Shown here: positions 18,931-29,372 of the stretch, piece after piece
How the letters are laid out: the number at the start of each line of letters is the position of its first letter
Position numbering within the stretch: position 1 is the first letter of the stretch
DNA from: Clostridia bacterium
Lineage (GTDB): Bacteria; Bacillota; Clostridia; UMGS1840
Direction: 5' to 3'
DNA: 64,000 bases
Assembly (NCBI GenBank): GCA_017625695.1
Contig: JAGAKI010000079.1
Location: 2,312 to 66,311 of the forward strand
Notes under the pieces: generated by a model
The model's database searches: none
What the model saw: the letters and a program-made list of their open reading frames with translations, nothing else
Told to the model about the DNA's origin: nothing
Translations under genes and position numbers: made by a program

Positions 18931-21900
18931 ATGAGTAAAATTTCTACCATAATCGAACTTCAGGATAGAATGACCGCCCCATTGAACAACATGGCTAATG
19001 CAATGCAATCAACAATAAGTGTTGCAAATGATTTGAACAACACTGGGATTGATTTAAATGTTGACAATACAACATCAAAAATTTCAGATTTAGTTCAGCA
19101 ATTGCATAGTGTTGAAGCAATACAAGATGATATTTGTGCCAATGCTGAAAATATGTATATCATACCAAAAGATATGCAAAATGACATACGAGATGCCAAT
19201 GCAGAAATTCATAGATTAAAAGCTGCTTTAGAATTTGCTGCTTCTCCTGACATGGATGCAAGTTCAGCAATTAAACAATATGATTCAATTCAAAATTCTA
19301 TCGAAGAATTAATTGAAAAACAAGGTGCATTAAATTCAAAGATGGCTTCATCCCCATTTCAGACAGGAACACAAGCAACCCCTGTCACATGGAATTCAAA
19401 TGGTTTTGATGTGTTTACAACAAGCGGTGCAGAAAGATATGAACAGGAAGTTCAATCTTTGAATCAATACTTGCAACAGTTGTATGGAACACAGCAACGA
19501 ATCACACAACAGGCGGTCAACACTGATTTATTCCCTGAAAACATGGTTGCAGACCTGACCCACATGCAGGGTAAGATGGAAGCAATCAGGGCGAAAGTTC
19601 AGCAAATTGAGCAGAACCCATTGAATATGGGTAGTGATGAAGCTAACAGTCAGCTTGAACAGTTAAGAAGTCAGTTGCATCAGATGATTGATGCACAAAA
19701 TGATTTGAATAATGCAGTCAATGACATGGATGTTTCTGCTGCAAATTCAGCATACCAAAGACTTTCTTCAACAATCAACACAACTGAAGCACAAATCAGG
19801 GATAATGTTGACGAACAAGGCAGGTTCACAAATGAGGTTAAAAACAGTGAAAATGCTGCTTCAGGTTTAATGTCAACAATTAAAGGTGTTGTTGCTGCTT
19901 ATGCTACAATTCAGACTGCAAAAATGGTCATTGATGTTTCTGACACTTTGACACAGACAACTGCAAGACTGAACATGATGAATGATGGACTTCAGACCAC
20001 TGAACAGCTTCAGCAAATGATTTTTGCTTCAGCTGAAAGGTCAAGGGGTTCATATCAAGCAACAGCAGATACTGTTGCAAAATTGGGGTTGAATGCAAGT
20101 GATGCTTTTAATTCAACACAAGAGATTGTCACATTTGCAGAGCAGTTGAATAAGCAGTTTATAATTTCAGGTGCATCCATTGAAGAAATGAAAAATTCAA
20201 CATTGCAATTAACACAGGCTTTGTCAAGCGGTGTTTTGCGTGGTGATGAATTGCGTTCTGTATTTGAACAAGCACCAATGATTGTTCAAACCATTGCTGA
20301 TTATATGGATGTTCCAATTGGTAAAATCAGAGAAATGGCAGCTGATGGTCAAATTACAGCAAACATTGTAAAAAATGCAATGTTGGATGCTGTTGATGAA
20401 ACGAATGCAAAATTTGAATCAATGCCAAAAACCTTTGGTCAGATTTGGACATCTATGCAGAATCGGGCTTTGATGGCTTTTCAACCTATACTTCAAAGAC
20501 TAAATAAAATTGCAAACAGCAAGGCATTCAATACATTTGTCAACAATGCAGTTTCTGCTTTAACAGTGTTAGCAGGTGCATTGACAACTGTTTTTGATAT
20601 TGTTGTCAAGGTCGGTGCATTCTTTGCAGATAACTGGTCAATTATTGCACCGATAATATACGGAATCACAGCAGCGGTTGCTGCTTATACAGCGGTTATG
20701 CTGATATACAATGCAGTTCAGGCAATAAGCAATTTACAGAAGAAAATAGCTGCAATTTCAGCAGTCATGCATGGTGCAGCAATAACGCAGGAAATGATTG
20801 CAACCACTGGCTTGACAGCAGCACAGCTTCAATTCAATGCAGCCTTGTATGCTTGCCCTTTGACATGGATAATCCTTTTAATCATAGCAATTATTGCATT
20901 GTTTTACATTGTTATTGCAGTAATAAATGATATTTGCGGAACATCAGTCAGTGCAACAGGAATAATCATGGGATTGCTTGCAACACTTGGTGCTTATATA
21001 TTCAACTGTATTGCATACTGGTGGAACATAATTTCAGCATTCATTGAATTTTTCGTGAATGTTTGGAAAAATCCTGAATATGCAATCAAAGCACTTCTTG
21101 TGAATTTAATCAATGCCTTCCTGAACTTCTGCTTGGCAATTGTTCAAGGAAATGGTGCTGCAATCGGTGTGATTGTCGGTGCATGGTATGCGTTTTGTCA
21201 GATAATTTCAAACATTGTTGCAGCGGTTTATAACTTCTTTGCAATGTGTATTGAATGGATTGTCAACGCATGGAATCAGTGTGTGTTTGCGGTTCAAACA
21301 TTACTGTATAACATAGCTGATGCAGCTTTGGGTGCAGCACAAGGTGCTGCTTCTTCAATGGAAGCTGCTGCAACTGCAATTGGAAATGCTTTTGTAAGCG
21401 GTGCAAATGCTGCAATCAATGCAATTAACTGGATAATTGATGCAATTAACATGATACCTGGTGTAAATATTGGGAAGTTTAGTCAATTAGGACCTGTCAG
21501 CTTCAATGCTGTTTCAACCAAAATTGGTGATATGCGAAGCAATCTTTCCCAACCAACTGCACCTGAAACATTCACCCTTGACAGAATGGACTTTGGAAGT
21601 ATTTCTGAAGCTTATGACATGGGTAATCAAGCAGGACAGGATTTTGCAGCAGGATTTGAAGGAACAGTTGCAGATATTCAGTCAGGGATGCAAGACTGGC
21701 TTGGTGAAACACCTGATGATTATTGGGAAGCACCAAAGCTTGATTATATCAATCTTGGGGATGCTGCAAAAGCAGGTTATGAATTCGGTTCAGGTGTTGA
21801 AGATAAACTTTCAAATTTTGGAAATCTTGACACTGGTGACATGGAAAACATGCTAAATGACATTGCATCAAATACTGGTGATACTGCTAAAAATAGCGGT

Positions 21901-22143
21901 AATGCAGCAGATGGTGCAGGTAAAGCAGCAGATGCTTTGGATTGTACGGATGAAGAATTGCAATATTTAAGAGATATTGCAGAAAGGGATGTCATAAACA
22001 GATTCACAACCGCTGAATTGAAAGTTGAAATTCATTCAGAAAACAACATCAATTCTGATATGGACATTGATGGTGTTGTTGAAAGGTTTACTGAAAAAGT
22101 TTCTGAAGAACTTGAAGCTGTTGCTGAAGGGGTGCATGTATAA
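18931..22143 (+). CDS. Phage tail tape measure protein (1070 aa)
   Basis: Tape-measure domain [36 protein letters not shown]; hydrophobic and Trp-periodic middle; C-terminus [26 protein letters not shown] recalling Clostridial myophage TMPs. Confidence 0.92.
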   Translation: MSKISTIIELQDRMTAPLNNMANAMQSTISVANDLNNTGIDLNVDNTTSKISDLVQQLHSVEAIQDDICANAENMYIIPKDMQNDIRDANAEIHRLKAALEFAASPDMDASSAIKQYDSIQNSIEELIEKQGALNSKMASSPFQTGTQATPVTWNSNGFDVFTTSGAERYEQEVQSLNQYLQQLYGTQQRITQQAVNTDLFPENMVADLTHMQGKMEAIRAKVQQIEQNPLNMGSDEANSQLEQLRSQLHQMIDAQNDLNNAVNDMDVSAANSAYQRLSSTINTTEAQIRDNVDEQGRFTNEVKNSENAASGLMSTIKGVVAAYATIQTAKMVIDVSDTLTQTTARLNMMNDGLQTTEQLQQMIFASAERSRGSYQATADTVAKLGLNASDAFNSTQEIVTFAEQLNKQFIISGASIEEMKNSTLQLTQALSSGVLRGDELRSVFEQAPMIVQTIADYMDVPIGKIREMAADGQITANIVKNAMLDAVDETNAKFESMPKTFGQIWTSMQNRALMAFQPILQRLNKIANSKAFNTFVNNAVSALTVLAGALTTVFDIVVKVGAFFADNWSIIAPIIYGITAAVAAYTAVMLIYNAVQAISNLQKKIAAISAVMHGAAITQEMIATTGLTAAQLQFNAALYACPLTWIILLIIAIIALFYIVIAVINDICGTSVSATGIIMGLLATLGAYIFNCIAYWWNIISAFIEFFVNVWKNPEYAIKALLVNLINAFLNFCLAIVQGNGAAIGVIVGAWYAFCQIISNIVAAVYNFFAMCIEWIVNAWNQCVFAVQTLLYNIADAALGAAQGAASSMEAAATAIGNAFVSGANAAINAINWIIDAINMIPGVNIGKFSQLGPVSFNAVSTKIGDMRSNLSQPTAPETFTLDRMDFGSISEAYDMGNQAGQDFAAGFEGTVADIQSGMQDWLGETPDDYWEAPKLDYINLGDAAKAGYEFGSGVEDKLSNFGNLDTGDMENMLNDIASNTGDTAKNSGNAADGAGKAADALDCTDEELQYLRDIAERDVINRFTTAELKVEIHSENNINSDMDIDGVVERFTEKVSEELEAVAEGVHV

Positions 22144-22178
22144 TTAAATAAGCTTAAATTCATCTTTTCTTTATAGTC

Positions 22179-22223
22179 AAATACCCTTTGTAAACTTTAT
22201 AGATTTTGCAAAGGGTATTTTTT
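22179..22223 (+). terminator. Intrinsic terminator after the TMP gene
   Basis: aaataccctttg...caaagggtattt followed by a T run. Confidence 0.8.
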
Positions 22224-22287
22224 CATTTCAGTTGATTTATTCATCAAAATATGCTATAATTATGTAAAAAGATTGAAGGTGTTTAAA

Positions 22288-22476
22288 ATGCGTGTGTACG
22301 AATCATGGATGCAGTATATTGTTTGTTATCCCTGTTCTGATGAAGAAGGTTTTGACGGAATTCATGATGGTGGTTGGAAAGGTGTCAGAGATGATGCACC
22401 TGATGAAGCCAAACAAGCATTTCAAAAATTTCTTGAAGAAGAAAAAGAAAATCTAAAAAATCATGTAAAAGTTTGA
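22288..22476 (+). CDS. Small hypothetical protein
   Basis: Follows promoter TTGATT(22232)-17-TGnTATAAT(22255). Confidence 0.55.
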   Translation: MRVYESWMQYIVCYPCSDEEGFDGIHDGGWKGVRDDAPDEAKQAFQKFLEEEKENLKNHVKV

Positions 22477-22487
22477 AGGTGAATTTG

Positions 22488-22889
22488 ATGGATGAATTAA
22501 AGAAGATGTCTGATAAGGAATTATCTATCAGAATGGTTATGTATATTGAACGAGTTCAGAAACTTATGGATTCTGTATCAGAAATAATGGATGGAAAAGG
22601 AACAAAAATGTTGATTAATTCCATTCATCATGAATATAAAGCAATTAAACAAGCAGTAAAAGATGATGCACATTATTTGAATCTGACTATGAACAGAAGG
22701 ATTGATGAAGGTTCTGAACTGTATAATGGATTTTTCAAACCTTCCATCAGTGAAGCTGCTGCATTCGGTTTTGCTTCATCTACAAATAGCAGGATAGATT
22801 TCAAGTTCTATGATTCACTTGAAGAAGCAAGATATAAGTTAACTAAATTCTATACTTTGGAAGAATGGAAAAAGGTTATTGAAAGTTAA
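22488..22889 (+). CDS. Hypothetical protein
   Basis: Uninterrupted 133-aa ORF with RBS-like GAAGGTG. Confidence 0.65.
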   Translation: MDELKKMSDKELSIRMVMYIERVQKLMDSVSEIMDGKGTKMLINSIHHEYKAIKQAVKDDAHYLNLTMNRRIDEGSELYNGFFKPSISEAAAFGFASSTNSRIDFKFYDSLEEARYKLTKFYTLEEWKKVIES

Positions 22890-22910
22890 TTTTCAAAATG
22901 GTGTATATGT

Positions 22911-23219
22911 ATGAGAAACATATCAATTGAAATTTCTGAACAAACTAAAAATATTATTGAACTTGCGACAGGAACAAGCATTGAAAATATACTTGAGCAA
23001 ATTAAATTTGAAATATTAAAGGATAATGAAGCACATGGTAAAATTTCAGTTTGTGAAGCAGCAAAAAGAATGAATAAATCACCACAATTTGTCAGAATGG
23101 GATTGCAGCAAGGCACACTTCCCTTTGGTGCAGCTGTAAAAATGCCAGGTGGGAAATATTCATATTATATCAGTCCTAAAAAGTTTTATGAATATGTGGG
23201 AAATACTGAAAATAACTGA
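22911..23219 (+). CDS. Excisionase-like winged-helix DNA-binding protein
   Basis: ISVCEAAKRMNKSPQFVRMGLQQGTLPFG..YSYYISPKKF; lies next to the right att site. Confidence 0.65.
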   Translation: MRNISIEISEQTKNIIELATGTSIENILEQIKFEILKDNEAHGKISVCEAAKRMNKSPQFVRMGLQQGTLPFGAAVKMPGGKYSYYISPKKFYEYVGNTENN

Positions 23220-23401
23220 ATTCTTAAAAAGTTCAGCTTTTTACCATAAGATATACAAGTGATATACAAAAAGTGTTGTAAGGCTTGAAAATAGGCAGTT
23301 TGGAATTATCCAAACGTTAATCGTTGGAACAATTTTATATGCACAGTTCAAAATCCCGCAGAGAAAAGTACGGGGTTAATAAGGAAGTATTTTCCGCAAG
23401 A

Positions 23402-23744
23402 TTAGAAATAGTCTTGCGGAATTTCCTTTTTTTCGGGAATAAACTCCTTTTGCGGAATAAATTCACCGATGAAATTAAATATGATCTGTATTTTCTGTAC
23501 TCTTTGTCCGCTTGATTTATCGGGAGCGTGAACAACAATTTTTTTTGATAAACTCATTTACGATTGTCGGTGTTAATTCTTTAATACCGACATATTTTTT
23601 GACAATTTCGTGAAACTGCTTAAAGTCAATTTGTTGCCTGTCAAAAATGTTTGTTTCTTCTTCAAAAACTCTAATCTGTTTCTGTAATTCTGCCTGTTCG
23701 GTTTCGTATTCATTTAATAAACGAATTTCGTTGTAAAAATACAA
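23402..23744 (-). pseudogene. C-terminal fragment of a TnpX-like serine recombinase (DUF4368-like), frameshifted
   Basis: KKYVGIKELTPTIVNEFIKK, then a frameshift in an A run continuing IVVHAPDKSSGQRVQKIQIIFNFIGE; no N-terminal part or RBS seen. Confidence 0.75.
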
Positions 23745-23953
23745 CCTTGGTGGAGAAAATTTTTGTTATTTTTCTTTCATATAGGTAACATCTAAAATTG
23801 AATTTTTACACACAGAAAACCAAAAATTTTTTCTCTCATTTAAGACACAATCAAAGGAAGAAAATTATGCAAAGTTAAAAAATATTTATTGTCATTTCGC
23901 TGAAAATTATATTTTAATATTGTATTTATAGGCATAAAGTGGTATAATTATAA

Positions 23954-24173
23954 TGTCACATAAAATCAGAATTTAATAATGCGAAATTTTTTCTTTTTAT
24001 CCAAGGGGGTATTATACCCTTTTCTTTTAATATCTTCACGTTTGAATAGGTAAAAATGCAAATTCCACGTGGAGATATAGAAAGTTTAATTTCGCTCTAT
24101 TTTGATTTTGTGTGACAACAAATCGGAGTTTGCATTTTTCGGTGTGCAGCTTCGATAGTTGCACACCTTTTTT
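23954..24173 (+). promoter_or_regulatory. Structured leader or sRNA ending in an intrinsic terminator
   Basis: TGnTATAAT at 23940-23948; stems 23954-23988/24088-24117 and 24052-24066/24125-24139; terminator ggtgtgcagc..gttgcacacc-tttttt. Confidence 0.5.
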
Positions 24174-24260
24174 AATTTGTAATAAAGTGTAAGGGAGGTT
24201 TTAATTTTTGTTTCGCAAATTAGAAGGTGCAATACACAAATTGAAATGGAGGAACAAAAA

Positions 24261-24965
24261 TTGAAAAAGACATTAAAAGGTTATTTGTTAGGATTTATAA
24301 GTGCAACACTTATGGTGGGGTGTGTCACAGCTTTTGCTGCGAATACAACTACCCTTTACAATGTAATTGCCAACGGAATTAAAATTGTTGTTGACGGACA
24401 GAAACTCAATCCTACAGATGTAAACGGAAATAAAGTTGAGCCAATTATTTACAATGGCACTACATATTTACCTGTAAGAGCAGTTGCTAACGCTCTTGGT
24501 AAGGCGGTTTATTGGGATGGTCCTAATTACACAGTTTATCTTGGAGATATGAACGGAGGATTGGAATATCCAACTGAAGAATTAAGCATAAATGATGATA
24601 TAGGCGGTGGAAGTTGGACTGAATCAGATGTTTTAAAAGATAATTTAGGAAATACATATTCAAGAGCTATATATCCTTGGTTGAGTGCACGAGTAGATTC
24701 AAGTAGAAGATATGAAAAAATATGTAATATGAAATTCTCAAGTTTTAAAGGAACAATTTATGTTATGAATGGTAGTAACACTAATGGAAGTACCCAGTTC
24801 CTTATCAAAGCAGATGGTAAAACTATATATACATCGCCTGAGATAACAAAATCATCTGCTCCAATAGACTTTGATGTTGACATAACAGGTTGCTATAATT
24901 TGCAAATAGTTTGTACTGGTGATCCTGATTTTGTTTGCATAGGTAATGGTGGTTTTTATCAATAA
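24261..24965 (+). CDS. Secreted protein with copper-amine-oxidase-like N-terminal (stalk) domain and NPCBM/NEW2-like domain
   Basis: Signal peptide ..TAFA; IIYNGTTYLPVRAVANALG; FLIKADGKTIYTSP..FDVDITG. Confidence 0.8.
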   Translation: MKKTLKGYLLGFISATLMVGCVTAFAANTTTLYNVIANGIKIVVDGQKLNPTDVNGNKVEPIIYNGTTYLPVRAVANALGKAVYWDGPNYTVYLGDMNGGLEYPTEELSINDDIGGGSWTESDVLKDNLGNTYSRAIYPWLSARVDSSRRYEKICNMKFSSFKGTIYVMNGSNTNGSTQFLIKADGKTIYTSPEITKSSAPIDFDVDITGCYNLQIVCTGDPDFVCIGNGGFYQ

Positions 24966-24971
24966 TGTTTA

Positions 24972-25045
24972 GCAAAAAAGAACAGGCAAGTCAAGGGTAA
25001 ATACACGAGCTACGCTCACCCTTGACAAACCTGTTCTTTTTTTGC
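24972..25045. other. Long inverted repeat with GTCAAGGG...CCCTTGAC core
   Basis: gcaaaaaagaacagg-caa-gtcaagggt ... acccttgac-aaa-cctgttctttttttgc; resembles hairpins recalled from Clostridial mobile elements. Confidence 0.55.
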
Positions 25046-25499
25046 AGTATATCAGTTAAGGGGATTTAAGCCGAAAAACGGACTTAAATCCTCTTTTTCA
25101 AAAAGTTGTTGATTCACAATTTTTGTCACGCAATAGAACCTCATTTTTGAGGTTTTGAATATAAAACCATTATCTTGTCTGTTGTAGTTAGTTTTAACTC
25201 CATAAAGCATGGATTTTCAAACTCTATTGCGTTACTTTTTACCCCATATAAACGAAAACAAGCATACCGCCATAAAAAAGCGATATGCTTGACTTTCTTT
25301 TACACCCTGATTGTCGGGAAGTAGTAATATTTACAATACTTCCTTATCACTACCCACCTAATCTGCGGGATTTTTTGTTTCTCTGTCTTGCAATCGGTAA
25401 TATCATATGGTATAATGACAGTTAGAAACGTATACAATCGCTTCCTCCCAACCGGCCCCCCGTTGCGGATTTTATCGTAAGCAGAAAGGATGACTTCTT

Positions 25500-25754
25500 A
25501 TGAAAATTACCATATGTATCGGCAGTTCCTGCCATATCAAAGGCTCCCGTCAGATTGTAGAGGCCCTGAGTGCATTTGTCAGCGAGCATCATTTGGAAGA
25601 CAAGATTGAGCTTGGTGGAACCTTTTGCATGGACAGATGTCAGGAAGGTGTTTGTGTAACGGTGGATGACGAGTTTTATTCCCTGACCCCCGAGACGGTT
25701 TCGGACTTTATCAAAAACCGGATTTCACCTGAAGTATCGGAATTTATACAATAG
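25500..25754 (+). CDS. Thioredoxin-like [2Fe-2S] ferredoxin (HfsA-like)
   Basis: ICIGSSCHIKG...FCMDRC. Confidence 0.85.
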   Translation: MKITICIGSSCHIKGSRQIVEALSAFVSEHHLEDKIELGGTFCMDRCQEGVCVTVDDEFYSLTPETVSDFIKNRISPEVSEFIQ

Positions 25755-25762
25755 GAAAGGGT

Positions 25763-27451
25763 ATGGCAACCATGTCAAACTGTTTAACCTTAAAAAAATC
25801 AAACTGTAAAAACTGTTATAAATGTATCCGGCACTGTCCTGTGAAAGCCATTCGTTTTTCCGGCAATCAGGCACATATCATTGAAAACGAATGTATTCTG
25901 TGCGGACAGTGTTTTGTGGTATGTCCTCAAAATGCCAAGCAGATTGTGGATGAAACCGAAAAGGTAAAGGTATTGCTCCAATGCAACGAGCAGGTCATTG
26001 TAAGCTTGGCGCCTTCCTTTGTGGCAAATTACGACGGCGTTGGCATTGAGGCTATGTCTGATGCCTTAAAAGAGCTTGGATTTTACGCGGTGGAAGAAAC
26101 GGCAATTGGTGCCACCATCGTGAAAAAGGAGTATGAAAGAATGCTCCGTGAAGATGAGCGGGACATTATCATTTCTTCCTGCTGTCATTCGGTGAATCTG
26201 CTGATTCAGAAATATTTCCCCAAGGAACTGGAATACTTGGCGGACGTGGTTTCTCCCATGCAGGCACATTGTATGGATATCAAAAAAAGATTCCCCGGTG
26301 CCAAAACCGTATTTATCGGACCTTGTGTTTCCAAAAAAGACGAAGCGGAACATTATGCAGGCATTGTGGATGCGGTCTTGACCTTTGAAGAGCTGACCAA
26401 CTGGTTCAAAGAACAAAATATGGAACCGAAAGCCAAAATGGATTCCAAAACCGAAAGCCGTGCCAGATTTTTCCCGACCACCGGTGGTATTTTAAAAACG
26501 ATGGAACCGGGAATTTCCGGATATACCTATCTTGCGCTGGACGGAGTGGAAAACTGTATGGCAGCCCTCCGGGATATTGAAAACGGCAATATCCATAAAT
26601 GCTTTATCGAGATGTCTGCCTGCACAGGAAGCTGCATTGGCGGTCCCGTAATGGAAAAATATCATCGCAGCGAACCTGTAAAGGATTATATTACCGTTGC
26701 AAGCTATGCAGGGCACCAGGATTTCCCGGTAAATCAGCCGGAATATCTCACCTTAAAAAAACAATTTTCTTATATCGAACACAGATTGCAGCCGCCCACA
26801 GAAACCGAAATTGCCAATGTGCTTCGTCAGATGGGAAAACACAAGCCCTCGGATGAATTAAATTGCGGTTCCTGCGGATATAACACCTGTCGGGAAAAGG
26901 CAATTGCCATCTGTCAGGGAAAAGCAGAAATTTCCATGTGCCTGCCTTTCTTAAAAGACAAAGCAGAAAGCTTTTCCGACACCATAGTAAAAAATACTCC
27001 CAACGGTCTGATTGTGTTGAATGAGGAACTGGAAGTTCAGCAAATCAACGAAGCGGCAAGAAGAATGATGAACATCCGCTTCAGCTCCGATGTATTGGGA
27101 GAGCACGTAGTACGGATTATGGACCCCTCTGATTTTATTCAAGTAAAAGAAACCGGAAACGACATTAAAAACAAAAAAATTTACTTAGCGGAATACAACC
27201 GCTATGCGGAAGAATCGGTGGTGTATGACAGAGATTCCCGTATGTTAATCGGTATTATCCGTGATATTACCGACGAGCAGAAAGAACGGGAAAAGAAAGA
27301 AAACATCAGCCGTCAAACGGTGGAAGTAGCAGATAAAGTAGTGGATAAACAGATGCGAATCGTCCAGGAAATTGCATCCTTATTAGGGGAAACTGCCGCA
27401 GAGACCAAAATTGCACTGGCAAAACTGAAGGAGTCGATTCAGGATGAATAA
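25763..27451 (+). CDS. PAS-domain [FeFe]-hydrogenase-like sensor protein (HfsB-like, group C)
   Basis: 2x[4Fe-4S] motifs; SSCCHS, GPCVSKKDE, EMSACTGSCIGG; NCGSCGYNTC FeS domain; C-terminal PAS. Confidence 0.88.
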   Translation: MATMSNCLTLKKSNCKNCYKCIRHCPVKAIRFSGNQAHIIENECILCGQCFVVCPQNAKQIVDETEKVKVLLQCNEQVIVSLAPSFVANYDGVGIEAMSDALKELGFYAVEETAIGATIVKKEYERMLREDERDIIISSCCHSVNLLIQKYFPKELEYLADVVSPMQAHCMDIKKRFPGAKTVFIGPCVSKKDEAEHYAGIVDAVLTFEELTNWFKEQNMEPKAKMDSKTESRARFFPTTGGILKTMEPGISGYTYLALDGVENCMAALRDIENGNIHKCFIEMSACTGSCIGGPVMEKYHRSEPVKDYITVASYAGHQDFPVNQPEYLTLKKQFSYIEHRLQPPTETEIANVLRQMGKHKPSDELNCGSCGYNTCREKAIAICQGKAEISMCLPFLKDKAESFSDTIVKNTPNGLIVLNEELEVQQINEAARRMMNIRFSSDVLGEHVVRIMDPSDFIQVKETGNDIKNKKIYLAEYNRYAEESVVYDRDSRMLIGIIRDITDEQKEREKKENISRQTVEVADKVVDKQMRIVQEIASLLGETAAETKIALAKLKESIQDE

Positions 27452-28616
27452 TTTATGTGCAGACATCGGCTATAAAAGCATCAACCATGTGGGAGAACAG
27501 CTTTGCGGCGACCATGTGGAAATAGTGGAACAAAGTGATCATTCTACGGTGATTGTGCTGGCAGACGGCTTGGGAAGCGGAGTAAAGGCAAGCATTTTAT
27601 CGACCCTGACCTCCAAGATTATTTCCACAATGATGGCAGCAGGGCTTCCCCTGGAAGAATGTGTGTCCACCATTGCAGCAACCCTGCCGGTTTGTTCCGT
27701 GAGAGGCGTTGCCTATTCCACCTTCACCATTCTCCATATCATCAATAACGAAACGGCAGAAATCATTCAGTATGACAATCCCCGGGTGATTGTTCTCAGG
27801 GACAATCAAAATTTTGATTACCCCACCACCGAAATGAATCTTGACGGGAAAAAAATCTTAAAATCTACCGTCCGTTTGCAGGAGGGAGACATTTTCATCG
27901 CTATGAGCGACGGCTGTCCCCACGCCGGCATCGGAACCGCCTACAATTTCGGATGGAAACGGGAAGACATTATCGACTTTATGGAAACCATGTCGGTGAC
28001 CGGATTGACCGCGAAGAATTTATCGACTCTTCTGGTGGACGAATGTGATAAGCTTTACGGACAGAAACCCGGTGACGATGCCACCGCCTGTATTGTGAAA
28101 ATCAGAAAACGACAGCCGATGAATCTGTTGTTCGGTCCTCCCTCCAACCGGGATGACTGCGACCGTATGATGTCCCTGTTTTTTTCCAAAGAGGGAAAAC
28201 ACATCATCTGCGGTGGAACCACGTCATCCATTGCGGCAAAATATTTGGGAAAACCCTTAATTCCCACCTTAAGCTACGAAAAAAGCGATATTCCTCCCGT
28301 TGCCAGCCTGGAGGGAGTGGATTTGGTCACCGAGGGCGTGATTACCGTCAACCGGGTCTTGGAATATGCCAAAGACTATCTGGGCGATAACGAGATGTAT
28401 AGCCATTGGAACTTCCGAAGAGACGGCGCCTCACTCATTTGTCAGCTTCTCTTTGAAGAGGCAACCGACATTAATTTTTATGTGGGGCGTGCCATCAATC
28501 CGGCACATCAGAATCCGGATTTACCCATCAATTTCAACATCAAAATGAATTTGGTGGGTGAACTGTCAGACTGTCTCCGACAAATGGGAAAACGAATTAA
28601 AGTAAGCTATTTTTAG
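27444..28616 (+). CDS. SpoIIE/PP2C family serine phosphatase (HfsC-like)
   Basis: LCGDH, LADGLGSG, MSDG, GDDAT. Confidence 0.88.
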   Translation: MNNLCADIGYKSINHVGEQLCGDHVEIVEQSDHSTVIVLADGLGSGVKASILSTLTSKIISTMMAAGLPLEECVSTIAATLPVCSVRGVAYSTFTILHIINNETAEIIQYDNPRVIVLRDNQNFDYPTTEMNLDGKKILKSTVRLQEGDIFIAMSDGCPHAGIGTAYNFGWKREDIIDFMETMSVTGLTAKNLSTLLVDECDKLYGQKPGDDATACIVKIRKRQPMNLLFGPPSNRDDCDRMMSLFFSKEGKHIICGGTTSSIAAKYLGKPLIPTLSYEKSDIPPVASLEGVDLVTEGVITVNRVLEYAKDYLGDNEMYSHWNFRRDGASLICQLLFEEATDINFYVGRAINPAHQNPDLPINFNIKMNLVGELSDCLRQMGKRIKVSYF

Positions 28617-28711
28617 GGAGTGTATCCCAATCCTATGGGGTTTTCTCTGGACTCCCGTGAGAACCAAATGCTATACTTTATGATGAGAATAAGAAAGCGA
28701 GAATTACAGTT

Positions 28712-29368
28712 ATGATAAAAGGTGCAATTTTTGATTTGGACGGAACCTTATTAGATACCCTGGAATCCATTGCCAAATCGGGAAATGAAATGCTTTGTAG
28801 CTTTGGACTTGCTCCCGCTCCCGTGAAGCAATACGGCGTATTTGCCGGAAACGGAGCCGATGTGTTGGTAGAACGGGCACTTTGCTACAGCACAGACAAC
28901 AAGCTTTCCCTTTTGGAAGATGCCAAACGGCGGTATCGGGAATTCTTCCGGGAATTCTGCAGTTACCGGGTCAAACCCTATGAGGGAATTGTTCCCTTAC
29001 TGGAAAAACTGAAAGAAAAAAACATTCGTCTTGCCGTCTGCACCAACAAGCCACACGAAAATGCCGTCCGTTTAATCCAAGAATATTTTGGGGATAATGT
29101 ATTTACTGCGGTGCTGGGACAACGGGAAGGATTTCCCAAAAAGCCGGACCCCAAAGGAATTTTTACCATTCTGTCTCAATGGGACATTTCCCCCGACGAA
29201 TGTGTGTACTTGGGAGACAGTGATGTGGATATGAAAACGGGAAAAAACGCCGGCTGTCTGACGGTAGGTGTGTTATGGGGATTCCGTGACAAAGAGGAGC
29301 TTCAGGCAAACGGAGCCGACCATGTGATTGCCCATCCAATGGACCTCATTTCTCTATTGAAAGGATAA
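28712..29368 (+). CDS. HAD family hydrolase (phosphoglycolate phosphatase-like)
   Basis: FDLDGTL, CTNK, KKPDP, GDSDVD. Confidence 0.9.
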   Translation: MIKGAIFDLDGTLLDTLESIAKSGNEMLCSFGLAPAPVKQYGVFAGNGADVLVERALCYSTDNKLSLLEDAKRRYREFFREFCSYRVKPYEGIVPLLEKLKEKNIRLAVCTNKPHENAVRLIQEYFGDNVFTAVLGQREGFPKKPDPKGIFTILSQWDISPDECVYLGDSDVDMKTGKNAGCLTVGVLWGFRDKEELQANGADHVIAHPMDLISLLKG

Positions 29369-29372
29369 GCCT

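Larger units (their letters stand above)
9930..23320. mobile_element. Integrated phage-satellite-like element (~13.4 kb) at the rpsI 3' end
   Basis: Imperfect direct repeat ttctcaaaacgataa (9930-9944) / ttatccaaacgttaa (23306-23320); integrase, repressor pair, primase-helicase, ori, TMP and Xis-like gene inside; visibly more AT-rich than flanks. Confidence 0.85.

Noticed and set aside
9930-23320. Complete prophage, tailocin or ICE
   Set aside because: No capsid, portal, large terminase, sheath/tube, baseplate or lysis genes, and no relaxase, coupling protein or VirB4 recognised
24050-24140. c-di-GMP or other known riboswitch
   Set aside because: Could not match the conserved nucleotides of any class I know; kept only as an unknown structured leader
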